This document shows, one piece after another, positions 57,546 through 61,990 of a DNA stretch of 61,990 nucleotides. The notes under the pieces are model-generated. The model searched no databases, was not told the origin of the DNA, and saw nothing but the letters and a program-made list of their open reading frames with translations. The stretch covers positions 1-61,990 of the forward strand of contig CAMAYN010000001.1 in assembly GCA_945862285.1 (NCBI GenBank). The letters run 5' to 3'. Numbering within the stretch: position 1 is the stretch's first letter; each line of letters begins with the position of its first letter. The translations under genes were made by a program, and so were the position numbers. This DNA comes from Akkermansia muciniphila. Its GTDB lineage: Bacteria; Verrucomicrobiota; Verrucomicrobiia; Verrucomicrobiales; Akkermansiaceae.

Positions 57546-59693
57546 ATGCCAAATCTACGTAATTCCCTACTTCGCACCGCCAGCACCATGTCGGTTTTTT
57601 TGTCACTTGTGCCTTTGTTGAGTGAGGCCCAGGATTTGCTCAATCCCCTGATCGTCACGGCGACACGTTCGGAAGATGAAAAAGTTCCTTACACGGTGGA
57701 AAAAATATCTCAGCAATTGATGCGCGATCAAGCACGTCGCACGATACCTGAAGCACTACAATTTACTCCCGGGGTTCTTGTGCAGAAAACTACGCATGGT
57801 CATGGATCTCCATTTATTCGCGGATTCACGGGCAGACAAAATCTTTTGCTTATTGATGGAGTGCGGATGAATAACTCCACTTGGCGCAGTGGTCCCGTAC
57901 AGTACTGGAATACGGTGGATCCATTTTCGATAGAAAGCCTCGAACTGATCAAAAGCCAAGGTTCGGTCATTTTCGGATCTGATGCCATTGGTGGCACATT
58001 GAATGCCGTGACGCGTTCATCAAATTTCATGGATCAAACTCAGGGTCAGCTTTTCGCTCACGGAAATGCGTTTTATGAATATCGCACGAGTGGAGAAGGC
58101 AGTCACGTAGGGCGCCTAGAAAGCAGTGTGGGTGTGGGTGGTGAGTATGGCTTGCACGTTGGCGTAACAGAAAAAGATTTTGGTGATATTGAGGATTCTG
58201 CCGTGGGGCGCATGCGTGGAACGGGCTATGAGGATCGCGCGCTTGATTTGCGTTTCGATAGTAAACTTGGACAAGACACAATGCTGACCGTGGCGAGCCA
58301 GTATGTGGATCAAGATGGAATTTCTCGCTGGCATAGGACAACAAACAATCCAGGCTGGAATCATGATGGTCACGTAGCTGCACCTGGTGCATGGCTGAGC
58401 AATTTGTATGATCAAGAAAGATCATTAACTTACGCTCGCATCCAACAAGAAAACGCAGAAAAAAATGCGCTGCTGAGTAAGTGGGCACTGACATTTTCCT
58501 ATCAAAAGTCCCACGATAGCGAGCTGCAAGATCGTCGCGCAAACAGCGCAGCGGCCTATACATCTACGGCATTTTTGCAGACACAATATGCTATCGTGGA
58601 TACTTACGGCATCGATCTCTCGCTCGAATCAAAATTAGGTTTAGGTGAATTGGTTTATGGAGTGGATTATTATCACGATGAAGTGGATTCTGAAGGGCGT
58701 AGAAGAACATCAAATGCAGGAACATTAGCCGACCGCCCCGCCTCGCGTCCCGTTGCCGATGATGCGACGTACGATTTACTCGGGGCCTATGCGAATTACA
58801 CATTCAAGCCCGTGAATCGTGTGCAAGTCTCAGCCGGCACTCGGTTCACCTACGCGGAAGCAGAATGGGGAAAATACCGTCCGAGCGGTGCTACTGCAGA
58901 CATTGCTGGCAGTAATTCGTGGACGGATTTATCCTCCAGTTTACGTGCGAGTGTGGACATAGCGGATGACTGGATCGCTTACGGCTCGGTGTCACAAAGT
59001 TTCCGCTCTCCGAATTTAGCCGACCTCACAGGTAGCGGCACAACATCGAGCGGGCTTAGCACTTCTGGTTCGCCAAACGTCGATCCTGAAAAGTTTGTCA
59101 CTTACGAAATCGGGACCAGAGGGCGAGTCACGGATCAGATGCAAATCCAAGCTGCAGTTTTTCATACTGCGAGCACGGATGGTGCCATTTCCTCCTACAG
59201 CGTGGGAACGAATACCTTTACTGTCAATGGAACAGATAGCTCAATTTATGGCATAGAAGCAGAGGCCGTCTATGACATCGATGATCACTGGACAGCGCGT
59301 GGCTTCGTGACTTGGCAGGAAGGAAAAGATGACGTGATCAACCGCACTCCGCCGGGAGAGCGTTGGATTGATCGAATGATGCCATTTAGCGGTTCTGCGG
59401 CTCTTCGATATACTGCCAGTGACACGAAGTGGTGGGTGGAAGGTCGCTTGACTGGGGCGGTAGATGCAGATCGTATTCATCCAGCAAATCAAGTCATCGA
59501 CAACCAGCGTATCCCCACCAACGGCACACCCGCTTACCTAGTGCCTGCCATTTATGCAGGCTACCGGGTTTCAGAAAACCTAGGACTGAATTTGGCCTTC
59601 GAGAACCTCAGCGATACGGATCATCGCATCCATGGCTCGGGGCAAAACGAACCAGGCTTTCAGGCGATTGTTGGGCTTCGCGCGAGTTGGTAA
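57546..59693 (+). CDS. TonB-dependent outer-membrane receptor
   Basis: Signal peptide. Plug motifs (PLIVTATRSE, GSPFIRGFTGRQNLLLIDGVRMN). Long beta-barrel ending in the aromatic terminus ...IVGLRASW. No N-terminal STN signalling domain is visible. Confidence 0.9.
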   Translation: MPNLRNSLLRTASTMSVFLSLVPLLSEAQDLLNPLIVTATRSEDEKVPYTVEKISQQLMRDQARRTIPEALQFTPGVLVQKTTHGHGSPFIRGFTGRQNLLLIDGVRMNNSTWRSGPVQYWNTVDPFSIESLELIKSQGSVIFGSDAIGGTLNAVTRSSNFMDQTQGQLFAHGNAFYEYRTSGEGSHVGRLESSVGVGGEYGLHVGVTEKDFGDIEDSAVGRMRGTGYEDRALDLRFDSKLGQDTMLTVASQYVDQDGISRWHRTTNNPGWNHDGHVAAPGAWLSNLYDQERSLTYARIQQENAEKNALLSKWALTFSYQKSHDSELQDRRANSAAAYTSTAFLQTQYAIVDTYGIDLSLESKLGLGELVYGVDYYHDEVDSEGRRRTSNAGTLADRPASRPVADDATYDLLGAYANYTFKPVNRVQVSAGTRFTYAEAEWGKYRPSGATADIAGSNSWTDLSSSLRASVDIADDWIAYGSVSQSFRSPNLADLTGSGTTSSGLSTSGSPNVDPEKFVTYEIGTRGRVTDQMQIQAAVFHTASTDGAISSYSVGTNTFTVNGTDSSIYGIEAEAVYDIDDHWTARGFVTWQEGKDDVINRTPPGERWIDRMMPFSGSAALRYTASDTKWWVEGRLTGAVDADRIHPANQVIDNQRIPTNGTPAYLVPAIYAGYRVSENLGLNLAFENLSDTDHRIHGSGQNEPGFQAIVGLRASW

Positions 59694-59816
59694 ATTTGGG
59701 GGTAGTGGCATTTCCGCCAAATCGAATCAGCGATACTTGCCGACTTCTTGGCGCATGGAAAATGTTTTGCGATTTCTACTTGCTGCAACGTCAGATGCGC
59801 TTACTCTCATCGACAA

Positions 59817-60806
59817 ATGAAAACAATATTCGATGTTTTTCCTGATGGCAGCACGGCGCGCAAGGGCACTTTCCCCACGCGGATTGTCTTTTACGCGATT
59901 GTGTTATTGCTGGTGTTCATTGGTGGCTTGACGAGTTTTTATACAGTAAATACCGAATACGTTGCAGTAGTGCAACGCTTTGGACGCTATCACAGCACGA
60001 AACCGCCGGGACTTCATTGGAAGATTCCCTTCGGCATTGACCGCGTTACCTCTGTGCCCATTTTACGGCAACTCAAGCTTGAGTTTGGCTACAACACCTC
60101 TGGATCGACGAATGAATACCAACGCAGTGAAAAACCCGAGTTGGAGCGTAGCATGGTCACCGGTGATTTGAATGCCGCAGAAGTGGAGTGGGTAGTACAG
60201 TATGGGATTTCTGATCCAGTGGCTTATCTTTTCCATGTCCATGAGCCGGAAATTACCCTGCGCGATGTAGCGGAAAGTGTGATGAATGAAGTCGTCGGCG
60301 ATCGCACCATTGATGAAGTCCTCACTTACGGACGCGCCGAGATCGAAATCGACGGACTGGCGAAACTCAAAGCAGCCATGGAGCAACTCAGTATGGGACT
60401 CCGAATCGAGCAAATCCAATTGAAAAATGTTCATCCACCACGGGCGATTCAAAGCTCCTTCGATGAAGTAAATCGCGCCCAACAAGCCCGCGAAGAACGC
60501 ATCAACATCGCCAATGGAGAATACAACAAAGTCATTCCCAAAGCGCGCGGTCTGGCTGACCAAATGATTTCAACAGCAGAGGGATATGCCCTACAGCGTG
60601 TCAACGAAGCGCAAGGAGATGTCGCACGTTTTCGTGAATTGCTGACACAATACGAGAAAGCACCGCAAGTCACCAAACAACGACTCTACCTTGAAACCAT
60701 GAATGAGGTGCTACCGAAGCTCGGAAACAAAGTCATCATCGACGAAGATGCTCAGCAATTTTTACCTCTCCTCAACTTACAACAAACCCCTAACACCCAA
60801 CGCTGA
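59817..60806 (+). CDS. hflK: FtsH protease modulator HflK (SPFH/band-7)
   Basis: ATG 59817 (MKTIFDVF...). TM helix. VVQRFGRYHSTKPPGLHWKIPFGIDRV and SPFH core. Directly followed by hflC. Confidence 0.9.
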   Translation: MKTIFDVFPDGSTARKGTFPTRIVFYAIVLLLVFIGGLTSFYTVNTEYVAVVQRFGRYHSTKPPGLHWKIPFGIDRVTSVPILRQLKLEFGYNTSGSTNEYQRSEKPELERSMVTGDLNAAEVEWVVQYGISDPVAYLFHVHEPEITLRDVAESVMNEVVGDRTIDEVLTYGRAEIEIDGLAKLKAAMEQLSMGLRIEQIQLKNVHPPRAIQSSFDEVNRAQQAREERINIANGEYNKVIPKARGLADQMISTAEGYALQRVNEAQGDVARFRELLTQYEKAPQVTKQRLYLETMNEVLPKLGNKVIIDEDAQQFLPLLNLQQTPNTQR

Positions 60807-60812
60807 TCTTTT

Positions 60813-61805
60813 ATGAAATCCGCACGATTTTTCTTCATCGCTTTTCTCTCCTTCATTGCCCTCATTCTCCTCAATGCCAGCACGTATTTCGTAGATGAAA
60901 GAGAGCAAGTTATTCTCACGCAGTTCGGTAAACCCGTGGGCTTGGCCGTCAATAGCGACCCCGCGAAAAGTGAGTCAGGTTTGCATTTTAAACTGCCATT
61001 CATCCAAAAGGTGAACCGAGTGGAAAAACGCATCATCGAGTGGGACGGCCCCGCTACTGAAATGCCAACACGCGATAAGCTCTATATCACTGTGGATAAC
61101 TTCGCCCGCTGGCGTATCACGGATCCTTTGAAATTCCTCGAAAGCCTGCGCGATGTTCGTTCGGCCATTTCTCGCTTAGATGACATCATCGGTGGTGCTA
61201 CGCGCAGCGTGATCGCGAAACATGATCTCATCGAAGTGATTCGCACCGATGCCACGCGCACCGCCATTTTGCCAGAAGATCTGATCAGCACAGGTATCCC
61301 TGCGGCATTGCCGAAAATCCGCTTCGGCCGTAAAGCTTTAGAAATGGAAATCCTGAATGCTGCACGCGATAAAGCGAAAACTTGGGGAATCGAATTGCTT
61401 GATGTCCGCTTCAAACGCCTCAACTACAAAGCAGGTGTCATCGATAAAATCTACGATCGCATGCGCAGTGAACGACAACAAATCGCGTCAAAATTCATCT
61501 CCGAGGGCGAGGGTGAAGCAGCCAAAATCAAAGGTCGCACGGAGAAAGAATTGCTAACAATTCAATCCGAAGCCTACCGCCAAGAGCAAGAAATCAAAGG
61601 CAAAGCCGATGCCGAAGCAACACAGATTTACGCCAACGCCTATAACACCAGCCCCCTCGCATCGGACTTCTACCAATTCATCAAAACGCTGGAAACTTAT
61701 CAGAAAACCATGAACGCAAGCACAACTGCCGTATTCACTACGAATAGCGATTTATTCCGCTTGCTCAAGCAGATCGATTCATCGGCGAGTAAGCAGCCAA
61801 AATAA
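60813..61805 (+). CDS. hflC: FtsH protease modulator HflC (SPFH/band-7)
   Basis: N-terminal TM helix. LTQFGKPVG...GLHFKLPFIQKV and SPFH core. 330 aa. Confidence 0.9.
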   Translation: MKSARFFFIAFLSFIALILLNASTYFVDEREQVILTQFGKPVGLAVNSDPAKSESGLHFKLPFIQKVNRVEKRIIEWDGPATEMPTRDKLYITVDNFARWRITDPLKFLESLRDVRSAISRLDDIIGGATRSVIAKHDLIEVIRTDATRTAILPEDLISTGIPAALPKIRFGRKALEMEILNAARDKAKTWGIELLDVRFKRLNYKAGVIDKIYDRMRSERQQIASKFISEGEGEAAKIKGRTEKELLTIQSEAYRQEQEIKGKADAEATQIYANAYNTSPLASDFYQFIKTLETYQKTMNASTTAVFTTNSDLFRLLKQIDSSASKQPK

Positions 61806-61814
61806 AATCATCCC

Positions 61815-61990
61815 GTGACGAGAGAAGAATTGATTGAAAAAATCCGCAAGGTTGAAGCCCTCTATCATGCTACAAATTCGCAAGGCGAAGCCACTGCCGC
61901 TCAGACGGCGTTGCAAAAATTACGGTCACAACTGGATGCCGCCCCCGAGCCACTTGTGGAATACCAACTCAGCCTTGCCGATCCGTGGAA
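61815..61990 (+). CDS. Partial ORF of unknown function running off the right edge
   Basis: GTG 61815 then open frame (TREELIEKIRKVEALYHATNSQGEATAAQTALQKLRSQLD...). It is 10 nt after the hflC stop. No homology recognised. Confidence 0.3.
   Translation, partial: MTREELIEKIRKVEALYHATNSQGEATAAQTALQKLRSQLDAAPEPLVEYQLSLADPW

Overview
This is a 62-kb chromosomal window of roughly 50 % GC. Its gene content points to a Verrucomicrobiota genome: a PATR-repeat surface protein, a DUF1559 (H-X9-DG) pseudopilin, a PEP-CTERM protein and an Amuc_1100-type pilus locus. No database search was possible, so every call rests on motifs read by eye in the translated ORFs. I call about 46 protein genes. Housekeeping genes are ligA, an RND pump, murJ, a polyprenyl synthase, aroD, gatCA and hflKC. 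Envelope and sensing genes are a pilMN/Amuc_1100/pilQ operon, a 5-gene operon with two beta-propeller/di-haem peroxidase fusions next to regBA, and an ECF sigma / anti-sigma / TonB receptor unit. A sugar and aldehyde cluster holds a GntR-type regulator, GH43, a C-S lyase and an ALDH. I found no rRNA, tRNA, CRISPR array, transposase or integrase. The observations most worth a second look are these. (1) A duplicated, ATGA-coupled two-gene cassette pairs a signal-peptide partner with a secreted protein that has a shared ~165-aa N-module and an unrelated C-terminal payload. One copy has a compositionally foreign payload and an overlapping, very AT-rich lipoprotein gene, which resembles a polymorphic effector/immunity locus. 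(2) ligA carries an in-frame ~260-aa insertion in the adenylation domain, with protein-kinase-like motifs. (3) Three phased tandem arrays (42, 21 and 22 bp) share a TCGGAA core. The 42-bp array shows compensatory changes that keep two inverted repeats. (4) A Type III R-M system lies in a 6.4-kb segment bracketed by the intact 3-prime end of an AlkP-family gene and an orphan ~80 %-identical copy of that end. The same region holds inverted paralogues of an unknown 150-aa protein and two copies of a hairpin element. All functional interpretations of these items are inference.
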